Of a DNA stretch of 64,000 nucleotides, positions 20,154-29,802 are shown piece after piece; the first letter of the stretch is position 1, and each line of letters opens with the position of its first letter. Where the stretch lies: assembly GCA_038231275.1 (NCBI GenBank), contig JBBRLQ010000017.1:1-64000 (forward strand), written 5' to 3'. A model generated the notes under the pieces. That model was given only the letters and a program-made list of their open reading frames with translations. It had not been told where the DNA came from and did not search any database. Origin of the DNA: Polyangiales bacterium (lineage in GTDB: Bacteria; Myxococcota_A; Polyangia; Polyangiales; Polyangiaceae). The translations under genes and the position numbers were made by a program.

Positions 20154-21377
20154 ATGCGCGCCCTCGTCTTCGACCTCTCGATGTGGAAGTACGCCGTCGC
20201 CAAGGCCATCGGCCCCAAGGTCCGCCGCGTCTTCTACGGACCCGGTACCTGCTTCGACCTGCGCGACGTCCCGGAGCCCACGCCGCCGTCCGACGCGTGG
20301 GTGACGTTGAAGCCCATCCTCACGGGATTTTGCGGGAGCGATCTGGCGGCGATCTTCTTCAAGTACAGCCCTGCGATGAGCGCCGTGAGCATCGGCGCCG
20401 GTGAGCGCGCGGTTTTCGGCCACGAAATCCTCGCGCGCGTGGTCGCCGTCGGCGAGGGGGCGAAGGGGCGCGTCAAGGAAGGCGATCGCGTCGTCGTCGA
20501 TCCGGTGCTCGCATGCGGACCGCGCGGGCTCGATCCGTGCGGGCGCTGCGCAGTCGGCGAGTACGCGACGTGCGAGCGCGTCGGCTCGGCCAAGCCCAAG
20601 GGCGTCATGCTCGGCGCCTGCACCGAGTACCCCGGCGGGTTCTCGGAGCGCATGGTCGCCCACGAATCGCAGGTCTTTCGCGTGCCCGACGCCATGCCCG
20701 ACGACGTCGCCGTCCTCACCGAGCCGCTCGCCATCGCCGTGCACGCAGTCATGCGTCACCCGCCCAAAGACGGCGAGGACGTGCTGGTCGTTGGCGGCGG
20801 AATGATCGCGTTCGCGATCGTCTGGGCGATCAAAGAGCTGTGCCCCACCGCGCACGTGACGCTCTTCACGGTCGAGGGCTACCAGCTCCCCATCGCCGAG
20901 GCGATCGGCGCCGATCGCGTGTGGTCGCCTGCAAAAGGGGCGCTCATGGATCAGGCGGCGCTCGCCACCTCGTCGCAGCTCCTTCGCCCGGTGATCGGGC
21001 GACCGTTCCTCTCGGGCGGATTCGCGCGCGTCTACGACTGCGTGGGCTCCAAGGCGAGCATGGACGACGCGCTGCGGATCACGCGCGGCGGCGGCACGAT
21101 CGTCCTCGTCGGGACCTCCGGGCAGCTCTCGCTCGACACCACCTTCTTGTGGAACAAGGAGCTCAAGATCGAGGGCACCGTGTTCTACGGGACCGAGGAT
21201 TTCCGCGGCCGGCGCGCGCGGACGTTCGACGCGACGCTGGAGCTCATGACCTCCGCGAAGGCGCCGCTCGCGCGCCTCGTCACCCACACGTTTCCGCTGG
21301 AGGACTACGCACGCGCGATCGAAGTGAACCTGGATCGCGGCGCGCACAAGAGCGTCAAGGCCGTGTTCCGGATTTGA
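20154..21377 (+). CDS. Zn-dependent medium-chain dehydrogenase/reductase
   Basis: GFCGSD, GHE, four-Cys structural Zn loop, EPLAIAVH and VVGGGMI. Confidence 0.9.
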   Translation: MRALVFDLSMWKYAVAKAIGPKVRRVFYGPGTCFDLRDVPEPTPPSDAWVTLKPILTGFCGSDLAAIFFKYSPAMSAVSIGAGERAVFGHEILARVVAVGEGAKGRVKEGDRVVVDPVLACGPRGLDPCGRCAVGEYATCERVGSAKPKGVMLGACTEYPGGFSERMVAHESQVFRVPDAMPDDVAVLTEPLAIAVHAVMRHPPKDGEDVLVVGGGMIAFAIVWAIKELCPTAHVTLFTVEGYQLPIAEAIGADRVWSPAKGALMDQAALATSSQLLRPVIGRPFLSGGFARVYDCVGSKASMDDALRITRGGGTIVLVGTSGQLSLDTTFLWNKELKIEGTVFYGTEDFRGRRARTFDATLELMTSAKAPLARLVTHTFPLEDYARAIEVNLDRGAHKSVKAVFRI

Positions 21378-21427
21378 GGTCCGTTGGGCCCGTTGCGTCC
21401 GGCGCGTTAGGAGCTACCCTCCCCGCC

Positions 21428-22513
21428 ATGACCACGCCCCGCGGCACCACCCGCCTGACCGAGCTCGACGACGCCTGGCAGAAGCCCCTCCACGGCGCGC
21501 GACTTCGCGCCGTGCGGACCGCCGGGCAGCGCCTCCGCGAGCGCTTCGCCGCCGGCCCGCGTGTGGTGTCGGTGCGGACGATGCCGCTGTCGACCCTCGC
21601 CTACCCGACGCGCTACGCGTTCGGCGGCTTCGCGTTCTCGCCGGCGCCGTTCGTGACGATGACGCACCGGTGCACGCTCGTGCAACTGATGCAGGACGGC
21701 GTCCTGAAGAACCTCCTCTTCAACCCGACCGACATCGAGGCCGCGCGCGCGACGCCGTTCTTCGCGCGTCTCATCGAGCAGTTCGGCGAGCGCCTGTCGA
21801 AGCTCCTCGCCAAATCGTTCGATCCCCTCGAGCAGCAGCTCGCACGCCTCGGCATCGCGCCGACCGACATCGACTACGTCGCGTTCGATCACTTCCACAC
21901 GCAGGATCTCCGCGGCCTTCTCGGCACCGTCGAGGGAGCTCGGCCCGCACGCTTCCCGAACGCGACGCTCCTCGCGCCAAAGACCGAGTGGGACGACTGG
22001 GACGATCTCCACCCGTACCAGCGCGCGTGGTTCGTGCGCGACGGCAAGCGCGGCGTGCGCGAGGAGAAGGTGGCGTTCACGTCCGCAGACTACCTCCTCG
22101 GCGACGGCGTCATGCTCCTCAGAACGCCCGGACACACGTCGGGCAACCAGACGCTGTTCCTCAACACCGAGCAGGGCGTGTGGGGAATCAGCGAGAACGG
22201 GACGTGCGCGGACAACTGGTCGCCGTTCGACAGCAAGATCCCCGGGCTCGCCTTCACCTGCAAAAAGCAGGATCTGGACCTCGTCGTGAACTCGAACACG
22301 CCGGAGGGCGGCGCCGAGCAGTACACGTCGATGGAGCTCGAGAAGGCGATCGTCGATCGCGTGAAGCGGGCCCCCGCGTTCGTGCAGATGTTCCCGTCGA
22401 GCGAGGTCACACCGACGGTCACGGCGCCCGCGCTCTCGCCGTCGCTGCTCCATCGCGGCCTTACGTTCGGTGAGGTGTCACGCCCGACCCGCATCGCCGC
22501 GGCCGCCGAATGA
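21428..22513 (+). CDS. Metallo-beta-lactamase-fold protein with variant HxHxQD motif
   Basis: IDYVAFDHFHTQD, FPNA and TPGHTSGN. Confidence 0.75.
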   Translation: MTTPRGTTRLTELDDAWQKPLHGARLRAVRTAGQRLRERFAAGPRVVSVRTMPLSTLAYPTRYAFGGFAFSPAPFVTMTHRCTLVQLMQDGVLKNLLFNPTDIEAARATPFFARLIEQFGERLSKLLAKSFDPLEQQLARLGIAPTDIDYVAFDHFHTQDLRGLLGTVEGARPARFPNATLLAPKTEWDDWDDLHPYQRAWFVRDGKRGVREEKVAFTSADYLLGDGVMLLRTPGHTSGNQTLFLNTEQGVWGISENGTCADNWSPFDSKIPGLAFTCKKQDLDLVVNSNTPEGGAEQYTSMELEKAIVDRVKRAPAFVQMFPSSEVTPTVTAPALSPSLLHRGLTFGEVSRPTRIAAAAE

Positions 22514-22878
22514 CCGCGCCCGACGCGCCGCCGTTCGCGCGAGACTTTCCGGAGGACGCCGATCTGGCGCTCCTCGTGCGCGCCTTTCAGGACGGCGACT
22601 ATGCGCACGTCCGCGCGGAAGCGCCGAAGCTCGCCGCGCGCACGACCGACGCCAAGGTCAAAGACGCGACCGTGGTCCTCGTGTCTCGCACCGAGGCCGA
22701 TCCGCTGGCGAAGGGCCTCTTGATCCTCACGCTCGCGCTCCTCGTCGGGCTGACCGCGTTCTGGCTGGGTCACGACGCCCCCACGCCGGGCGCCGCTCCA
22801 CCGAAGCCCGCACCTCCCGTCATCGAACGCATCACCGACACGCCGTTCACGCCGGCTCCGAAGCCAAGCGGGAGCTGA
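22510..22878 (+). CDS. Small membrane-anchored hypothetical protein
   Basis: ATGA overlap with upstream gene, one TM segment, Pro-rich tail. Confidence 0.65.
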   Translation: MTAPDAPPFARDFPEDADLALLVRAFQDGDYAHVRAEAPKLAARTTDAKVKDATVVLVSRTEADPLAKGLLILTLALLVGLTAFWLGHDAPTPGAAPPKPAPPVIERITDTPFTPAPKPSGS

Positions 22879-22993
22879 GTTTCCCCGCATTCCCGTCGCC
22901 GCCCGAAGCAAACCGAGGCGCTACGAGCGACGATGGGCCATGACCCGGTGATCGACGGCGTCGATCGACGTGCTCGAGAAACGCATCAGGATC

Positions 22994-24931
22994 TCAACGC
23001 CCCACGAGGATCGGCTTGGCGCCGATCGACACGACGTTTCCGGTGACGGGAGCGCTCGTGCCGTCGAGCGACTCGACGCGCGTGTAGACGTCATTCAGCG
23101 TGACCTTGCGCGTCGGGCACGCGCCCGCGCTGCATCCGAGGCCGGAGTCCCACATCATTCTCGCGGGAGTTCCGTCGGCGCGGAGCACGGGGCAGGACCA
23201 GAGGGTACCCGACGCCGCGCACGTGCCGATGCGGCCGCCGGTGAGCCAGTCGTGCACGCGGTTGTACGCGCGACCTGATTGGTTGAGATTGCCGCTGGAA
23301 TCGACGAGCGTTCCCCACGTGGTGTTGTCTTGCGCATACCAGTACGCCGCCGCGACCCCGCTCCCCGCGAGCGTGACGAGCCACCGCGAGACGTACGCTG
23401 CCTGGAGATCGGGATCGGTGAGATCCGTGTCGTAGTTCCACCCGCCCTCGGTCGCGTAGATGGGCTTGCCCGCCAGACCGTGTCGAGCGAAGACGCTGCG
23501 CATGACGTCGACCTGATCGACGATCGAGTGCCGGCACTCCTTGTTGGGGACGAACCCTGCTTTGCACGTGCACTTGGGGTCGTCCTTGCCGGTGCAGATG
23601 TCCCAGGACGAGACGTTCGTCTCCGGGAAGGGCGACGGGTGGACGTTGGTGTGCGACGGATACGCGTGCCACGCCCCGCCGTCCGGCATGTGCCCGAGCT
23701 TCTGCCAGGCGGCGAGGTAGTTGTCCATCCACACCTCGCATTGCCCGCTGTCGCCGTTGGCGTGCGAGCCGTCGCCGCCGCAGCTGACGTTCGCGGTGAG
23801 GACGACGCAGCTCGCGCAGTTGTTCTTGATGATCGTCGCCGCGTCCGCGCTCATGCGCGCCAGCTGCGCGTATGTGCCGGACCAGAAGCCGTCGCCGTTC
23901 GGCTCGTTCCACATCTCGAAGTACTTGATGGGCCCGCACGTCTTGTTTGGCGCGGTCCCCGTGCACATCGTTCGCATGAAGGCGGTCCAGAAATTTTTCA
24001 CGGCGTCGTCGCGACCGTCGACGTCGGCGGGCGGGTTGCAGGAGAATTTCCCGTCCGTGCACGCGAAGGACTTCGATGCCACGGGCGGCGCGGGGGTATG
24101 GCCGAACGTGTACATGAGCTCCACGCCAGGCGGCGTTTCGGCCACGCGCGTCTGGAGCTTGCGGAAGTCGTAGGTGTTCGGCGCGGTCTCGAGAGCCCAC
24201 CAGCCGACGCCGGCATCCCAGAGACGATGCGCGCCGTAGTGCAAGCTCGTCCCGTAGTCGTTCAGGTGAATTCCGAAAAACCGCGACGCGATGGGGTGCA
24301 TGGGCACCGGCACGACGGCGATCGAGCTGACCTTCGGATTTTGGACGGCCCCCGGCGCGAAGCGAACGGTGATCTGGCCGTTCACCGGCGTCGCCACGAA
24401 GGTCTTTTCGAGGGCCCGGTCGAGCCCGACCTCCGCGAAGATGTCGAGGTTCGTGAGCACCCTCGCTGCGTTCACGTAAACGTCGAACTGCCGCTGCCCC
24501 GCCGCCCGGACGGGATTCACCGACGTCTCGGCGAACCCGAGGGTCACCGCGTAGGCGCCCGCAGCCATGCTGTCGAACGTGTACGAAAACCCGTTGGGGT
24601 ACTGGGTCCGGCTCGCCCAGCGCTCGCCGTGAAACAGCGTCGGATCGGCGGTCCCCGCGATCGAGTCCTTGTTCTGGAGCGACGTGCCGACGTCATAGCC
24701 GCGATCGGTCTGCCACGTGTTGCCGAGCGAGTCTTGGTAAGGCGCGGCGAGCGGCGCGCTCCCCGCGAGGATGCGCACGGTGGGCCCCGACGCCGAGGCG
24801 GCAGACGTCACCGGGGCGTCGTCGGAGCCCGCGGCCTCGTCGACGTGGCCGCTGCTGCACGCGCCTAGGAGGAGAAGAATCCCTGCGACCGAGCCGGCGA
24901 ACGTGCATTTTTGGAGTCGGGTGGGGTGCAT
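22994..24931 (-). CDS. Lipoprotein: malectin-like domain + clan GH-A (GH39/GH5-like) glycoside hydrolase
   Basis: LGAC lipobox; malectin signature (LF..ERW, LGFAE, GQRQFDV..N, DIFAEVG); RLWDAGVGW, WNEP acid/base and YATEGGW nucleophile. Confidence 0.85.
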   Translation of the reverse strand: MHPTRLQKCTFAGSVAGILLLLGACSSGHVDEAAGSDDAPVTSAASASGPTVRILAGSAPLAAPYQDSLGNTWQTDRGYDVGTSLQNKDSIAGTADPTLFHGERWASRTQYPNGFSYTFDSMAAGAYAVTLGFAETSVNPVRAAGQRQFDVYVNAARVLTNLDIFAEVGLDRALEKTFVATPVNGQITVRFAPGAVQNPKVSSIAVVPVPMHPIASRFFGIHLNDYGTSLHYGAHRLWDAGVGWWALETAPNTYDFRKLQTRVAETPPGVELMYTFGHTPAPPVASKSFACTDGKFSCNPPADVDGRDDAVKNFWTAFMRTMCTGTAPNKTCGPIKYFEMWNEPNGDGFWSGTYAQLARMSADAATIIKNNCASCVVLTANVSCGGDGSHANGDSGQCEVWMDNYLAAWQKLGHMPDGGAWHAYPSHTNVHPSPFPETNVSSWDICTGKDDPKCTCKAGFVPNKECRHSIVDQVDVMRSVFARHGLAGKPIYATEGGWNYDTDLTDPDLQAAYVSRWLVTLAGSGVAAAYWYAQDNTTWGTLVDSSGNLNQSGRAYNRVHDWLTGGRIGTCAASGTLWSCPVLRADGTPARMMWDSGLGCSAGACPTRKVTLNDVYTRVESLDGTSAPVTGNVVSIGAKPILVGR

Positions 24932-24944
24932 GCACCACCGACAG

Positions 24945-24960
24945 TCCAAGTGTCGTGCCA
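24945..24960 (-). promoter_or_regulatory. Sigma54-like -24/-12 promoter for the glycoside hydrolase
   Basis: Minus strand TGGCACG-ACAC-TTGGA versus consensus TGGCACG-N4-TTGCW; the one mismatch is at the conserved -12 C. Confidence 0.5.
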
Positions 24961-25074
24961 GGGTGCCTTTCGCGTCTTTTCGGCGGGAAGGAGGGGAGCC
25001 GAACCGCGGATGCGCCCTCCCAGATCGCACCCCTCGGCCCTTCCAGTTCCATTCGACCGGCAGGGACAGAGCGC

Positions 25075-25893
25075 TCAGAGATTCAGCACGACGTTGTCGA
25101 AGCGCGTCGAAAACGCGCCGGGCTCGACGAAGAGGAGGCCACACCGGAACGTGCCGGCGCCGACAGGATCGGTCGAGAGCACGAGAGGGTCTGCCGCGAG
25201 GACGTGCACGCCGTTGACGTGCACGTCCACCATTCGCGTTCCGGTCAAGGTGGCGTCGAGGACCACGTGGTACCAAGTGCCCGAGACGAAGGGGCTCGTG
25301 AAGGGGTGCAATTTGGGGGGACCGCCGTCCGCGCCGGGCACCTTTTCCTCGACGAAGTGCAGCCCATTCATTTCGATGCCGAGCGTCAGGGCGAACGCGC
25401 CGATCTGGACGCTCGCGTACTCCTCCGTCGTCGATCCGTTCGGTTGCACGTCCAGCTCCAGGTGAACGCTCGTGACCGTGCGCGTGAACGACTTGTAGAG
25501 GAGGGCGGTCGGCAAGGGGCCTCCGTTCCCCCCGTCACGGATCGCCGCTGCGAGGAGCGATGCGGGGGGCGATTTGAAGCCGGCGTCGTCCTCGACGAGA
25601 GAGCCTGCGGAGGTCGTCTGGCCGGTCCACCCCTCGAGCAGGTCCGTGCCGTCGAAATCGGCGCAGAGAAACGGCGTCGGGATCTGGCTCTCGCAAAAGC
25701 GCGCGGCGTCTCCGGCGTCGGCGCCATCGAGCCCCGAATCGATCAGGGTGCTCGGCCCACACGGCATCGACCCGTCCGTGCATCCGGCACCGATGTGGAC
25801 CATGCATCGCGAAACCAGGAGCGCGATGCCGAAGAGGACGCCCGAAGCCGCGAGCAGGCGGGCGGCTCGACCTCGGTTGGAAGCGCCGGCCAT
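25075..25893 (-). CDS. Secreted/lipoprotein with ConA/LamG-like beta-sandwich
   Basis: Hydrophobic N-terminus with Cys, FLCADFD, GTWYHVVL and RFDNVV. Confidence 0.6.
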   Translation of the reverse strand: MAGASNRGRAARLLAASGVLFGIALLVSRCMVHIGAGCTDGSMPCGPSTLIDSGLDGADAGDAARFCESQIPTPFLCADFDGTDLLEGWTGQTTSAGSLVEDDAGFKSPPASLLAAAIRDGGNGGPLPTALLYKSFTRTVTSVHLELDVQPNGSTTEEYASVQIGAFALTLGIEMNGLHFVEEKVPGADGGPPKLHPFTSPFVSGTWYHVVLDATLTGTRMVDVHVNGVHVLAADPLVLSTDPVGAGTFRCGLLFVEPGAFSTRFDNVVLNL

Positions 25894-25915
25894 CAGCGAT
25901 AGGCTACAATCAGGT

Positions 25916-27466
25916 ATGTCGGCGAGGCCAACCGAACCGCAGGGAACGGCCTCCTCGAGACGCCTGGGGGCCTACGAGCTCCTCGTGCCGATCGCGCGCG
26001 GCGGCATGGCGACGGTGTTTCTCGCGCGCCACCACGGTGTCGGCGGCTTCGAGCGAGTCGTCGCCGTCAAGGTCACGCATCCGCACCTCCGCGACGACCC
26101 GTCCTGGGAAAGCGAGTTCCTCGAGGAGGCCAAGCTGGCCGCGCGGGTTCACCACCCGAACGTCGTTCATACCCTCGACGTGGGGAGGTGCGAGGACGGG
26201 CCGTACCTCGTGATGGACTACGTCGACGGCGATTCGCTGGCGGGACTGATCGCCGCCGCGGCAAAGGCACGCGCGCCGATGCCTGCCGCCATCGGGTTGG
26301 CGATTCTGTGCGATGCGTTGAGCGGATTGCATGCGGCGCACGAGCTGCGGGACGAAAAGGGGTTCCCCGCGGGGCTCGTCCACCGCGACGTCTCTCCACA
26401 AAACGTGCTCGTGGGCGTCGACGGAGTGGCGCGACTCACCGATTTCGGGATCGCGAAAGCGGCCGGCCGTACGGCGTTCACGACGACCGGGGTCATCAAA
26501 GGCAAGATCGCCTACATGGCGCCGGAGCAGCTTCGGGGTCAGCCGCTCGATCGGCGGTGCGACATCTGGGCGGCGGGGATCGTTGCGTGGGAGCTCCTCG
26601 CCAAGCGCGCCATGTTCCTGGCGACGGAGGAGATTGCCGTCGCCATGCGCATCCTCGAGGGACCGCCGCCGAAGCTTCGGACCGTCGACCCGGAAATCAG
26701 TCCCGAGCTCGAGGTGATCGTGGCGACCGCGTTGGCGGTCGATGCGAGCGCGCGGTACGGAACGGCCGATGCTTTGCGCCGCGACCTCGCGGCGGCCGCG
26801 CATCTGGCGACGACCGACGAGGTGGCCGCGTACGTCAGCGAGATCGCCGAGCCGAAGCTCGAAGAACGACGGTTCCGCGTGCAGCAAGTCCGTCGCGAGC
26901 GCGCCGTCGAAGCGCCCCGAAGCGCGGCTTCGAGAGGACGCTCGCCTGCCCGCTGGGGCGCGGTGGCCGGCGGCGTCGTCTTGCTGACCGCGGCGTCGCT
27001 CGTCGCGGCTCGTCGAGGGGGTCAGAGCTTCGCCGCGCCCGTGCCGCCGCCCGAGTCGAGCAGTCCGGCGATCGCGAACATTTCGCCAGAGGAGCCGACA
27101 TCGCTGGCGGCTGCGCCTCCGTCCGCGCCGCAGGTCGTCTCGACGCCGAGCGGGATGGTTCAAGTGACCGCAAACGCCCGCATACGGCAGATCCGCGTCG
27201 GCTCCCGCACGATCAGCATCTTGAGTCCGGCCTCGGCGATCTCCCTCGAGATCGCGCCCGCCGAACGCGCCGGCACGCTGACCATCGAGGCGCTCTCGAC
27301 GGACGGACGACGCGCGACCCAGCGCCTTCCATCGGACGCGCGCGACGTCTCGATCGCGTTTCCGGAGGCGCGCCCGCGGACCGACGGACCGCGCCGCCCG
27401 GCTTCGAGCGCTTCGACGACGTCATCCCCCGGGTTGGCAAAGGACCCGTACGATCCTGCGCCATGA
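25916..27466 (+). CDS. Membrane Ser/Thr protein kinase
   Basis: IARGGMATV, AVK, HRDVSPQN, DFG and YMAPE; TM followed by Pro-rich extracytoplasmic region. Confidence 0.95.
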   Translation: MSARPTEPQGTASSRRLGAYELLVPIARGGMATVFLARHHGVGGFERVVAVKVTHPHLRDDPSWESEFLEEAKLAARVHHPNVVHTLDVGRCEDGPYLVMDYVDGDSLAGLIAAAAKARAPMPAAIGLAILCDALSGLHAAHELRDEKGFPAGLVHRDVSPQNVLVGVDGVARLTDFGIAKAAGRTAFTTTGVIKGKIAYMAPEQLRGQPLDRRCDIWAAGIVAWELLAKRAMFLATEEIAVAMRILEGPPPKLRTVDPEISPELEVIVATALAVDASARYGTADALRRDLAAAAHLATTDEVAAYVSEIAEPKLEERRFRVQQVRRERAVEAPRSAASRGRSPARWGAVAGGVVLLTAASLVAARRGGQSFAAPVPPPESSSPAIANISPEEPTSLAAAPPSAPQVVSTPSGMVQVTANARIRQIRVGSRTISILSPASAISLEIAPAERAGTLTIEALSTDGRRATQRLPSDARDVSIAFPEARPRTDGPRRPASSASTTSSPGLAKDPYDPAP

Positions 27467-28347
27467 GGATTCGGGCCCTCTCCTCTCTCGTCGTCGCGCT
27501 CGCCCTTTCGTCAGGGCAAGCGTTCGCCAGCGAGGACCCGGAGAGCGCGGCGCGGTTTTTCAAAGCGGGAAAAGCCGCGTATGCGCGCCGCGAGAACAAG
27601 GCGGCCGCGCTCGCGTTCGAAGAAGCCTATCGCCGTGCGCCGCGTGGGGCGGCCATCTTCAACGCAGGCTTCGCGTGGGATGCCGCGGGGGAGGGCGCGC
27701 GCGCCGCGGACGCGTACGCCATCGCGCTCGGACGCGCAGATCTCGAGGCCGTCGACGGCGCGCACGCGCGTGAACGGCTCGGCCAACTCGAGGCGGTCTT
27801 GGCGCGAATCGAGGTGCGCGCGCGGGCCGCCGGGAGCCTCTCGCTCGCACACGCCGCCGCGCGGCTTCCGGCGACGATCCACGTGGAAGCGGGACGTCAT
27901 CCCCTCGTCGTCACGTTCGACGACGGCCGCACGACGACCCTGACGGTGACCGCCGTGGCCGGGGCGCTCAAGATCGTCGACGTGGAGATGCCGCCGCCGA
28001 CGGAGCCTCGACCTCCGCCTCCCTCGCCGCCGCGCACGGATGCCCCCGTGACACGGACGCTCGGATACGTGGCGCTCGCCACGGGCGTCGCCTTGGGCGC
28101 GACCGCCATCGCCGTCGGCGTCGAGACCCTCTCCGCGCGCGACGCCTGGAGTGCGTCGCAGGAGACCGACCGAAGCGCGCACGACCGCGCGGTGACCCTG
28201 AGGACTCTGACGAACGTGGCGTGGGGCAGCGCCGCGGCGTTCGCGGGCGCTGGGATCGTGCTGCTCGTCGCCTCGCCCGCCGCGCGCACCCCGTCGGGTG
28301 CCCTCCTCGTCGGCCCCGCCAACGTTTCGTGGGTGGCCCATTTCTGA
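27463..28347 (+). CDS. TPR + PEGA-like protein with C-terminal hydrophobic helices
   Basis: Signal peptide, TPR (FEEAYRRAP..AIFNAG), PEGA-like strands, two hydrophobic segments; ATGA overlap. Confidence 0.8.
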   Translation: MRIRALSSLVVALALSSGQAFASEDPESAARFFKAGKAAYARRENKAAALAFEEAYRRAPRGAAIFNAGFAWDAAGEGARAADAYAIALGRADLEAVDGAHARERLGQLEAVLARIEVRARAAGSLSLAHAAARLPATIHVEAGRHPLVVTFDDGRTTTLTVTAVAGALKIVDVEMPPPTEPRPPPPSPPRTDAPVTRTLGYVALATGVALGATAIAVGVETLSARDAWSASQETDRSAHDRAVTLRTLTNVAWGSAAAFAGAGIVLLVASPAARTPSGALLVGPANVSWVAHF

Positions 28348-28395
28348 GGGGCAGCACCGGAGCCGGGTCGCCGCGCGTGGTACGATTTGCAGCGC

Positions 28396-29748
28396 ATGCC
28401 GCGAAGGGACGACGAGCTGGCCACGTTGCCGCGTAGCGCTGGCCACGAAGAGCCGCCGAGCTCCTTTCGCCTCTCCGTGACGTCCGGGCCCGACGCCGGT
28501 CAGTCCTATGTTCTCGACGCGTCCTCCGGCGGGCGCGTCCTCGTCGGGAGCAGCCCTGCGTGCGAGGTCCGGTTGCGCGATCGGGAAGTGTCGCGGCGCC
28601 ACCTCGCCCTCGAGCTCGCAGGGGCCCGCGTACGGATCACGGATCTCGGCTCGAGCAACGGCAGCTTCGTCCAAGGCATCCCGATTCTCGACGGATACGT
28701 CGGCGCGGGGCAGCTCATCGGTCTCGGCGCGACGCAGATTCGGGTGGAGCGTGCGGCCGCGGCGGTGGTGACCGATGCGCCCGACGAAGGCAGCTCGTTC
28801 GGCAGCGTGATCGGTAGCAGCGCATCGCTCCGGCGACTCTTTCCCCTGTGCCGCCGCCTGGCACAGAGCATGGTACCCGTGGTCATCGAAGGCGAGACGG
28901 GGACAGGCAAGGAGGTCCTCGCCGAATCGCTGCACGACGAGGGTCCCAGGGCGGCCGGGCCGTTCGTCGTCTTCGATTGCACCGCCGTCCCGCCAAACCT
29001 CATCGAGGGGGAGCTCTTCGGCCACGAGCGCGGCGCGTACACCGGTGCCGTCACGACCCGACGAGGCGTGTTCGAGGAAGCTCAAGGCGGGACGCTCCTC
29101 ATCGACGAGATCGGCGATCTCGACATCGCCCTCCAGCCGAAGTTGTTGCGCGTCCTCGAACGATCTCAGGTCCGGCGCGTCGGCGGGTCGGCGACGATCG
29201 ACGTCGATGTTCGCCTCCTGGCGGCAACGCGGCGCGACCTCGACAAGGAGGTAGCGGCGGGCCGGTTCCGGGACGACCTGTTTCATCGCGTCGCCGTCAC
29301 GCGCATCGAGCTTCCGCCCCTGCGGCAGCGAAAGAGCGACATCGAGCGGCTGGCTCGACACTTCTTCACGATGCTCGGCGATCCGGACGCCCTGTCGAGC
29401 GCCCTCGTCGCCAAATGGCAGGACTACGACTGGCCCGGCAACGTGCGCGAGCTGCGTAACGCATGTGCGCGACGCGTGGCCCTCGGGGATCTGGCCGAAG
29501 AGGCCGTCTCGCAGGGGGCAAGGCCGGCGCTCGAGCACGCCGTCGGCGATGTCGTCGACCAGGTCCTCGCGCAGAAGCTCCCGCTCGCGCTCGCGCGCGC
29601 ACGCGTGCTCGAGGACTTCGAGCGCCGTTACGTCGTGCGCGTCCTCGCGGAGCACGGCGGCAACATCGTGCAAGCCGCCAAAGCGTCCGGCATCGCGCGG
29701 CGGTACTTGCAGAAGCTGCGAGCACGCCAGCGCGACGGGGCCGACTGA
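28396..29748 (+). CDS. FHA-domain sigma54-dependent enhancer-binding protein
   Basis: FHA (VSRRH, DLGSSNG), GETGTGKE, GAYTGA, LLIDEI, WPGNVREL and C-terminal HTH. Confidence 0.95.
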   Translation: MPRRDDELATLPRSAGHEEPPSSFRLSVTSGPDAGQSYVLDASSGGRVLVGSSPACEVRLRDREVSRRHLALELAGARVRITDLGSSNGSFVQGIPILDGYVGAGQLIGLGATQIRVERAAAAVVTDAPDEGSSFGSVIGSSASLRRLFPLCRRLAQSMVPVVIEGETGTGKEVLAESLHDEGPRAAGPFVVFDCTAVPPNLIEGELFGHERGAYTGAVTTRRGVFEEAQGGTLLIDEIGDLDIALQPKLLRVLERSQVRRVGGSATIDVDVRLLAATRRDLDKEVAAGRFRDDLFHRVAVTRIELPPLRQRKSDIERLARHFFTMLGDPDALSSALVAKWQDYDWPGNVRELRNACARRVALGDLAEEAVSQGARPALEHAVGDVVDQVLAQKLPLALARARVLEDFERRYVVRVLAEHGGNIVQAAKASGIARRYLQKLRARQRDGAD

Positions 29749-29802
29749 GGCCAAGCCCACCGGTAGCTGATTTTCCAGGTCGTCGGTGGTACGCCGTAGC
29801 GC

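Noticed and set aside
22876..22910. GTTTCCCCGCA resembling the start of a type I-E CRISPR repeat
   Set aside because: Single partial copy, no palindromic partner, spacers or cas genes
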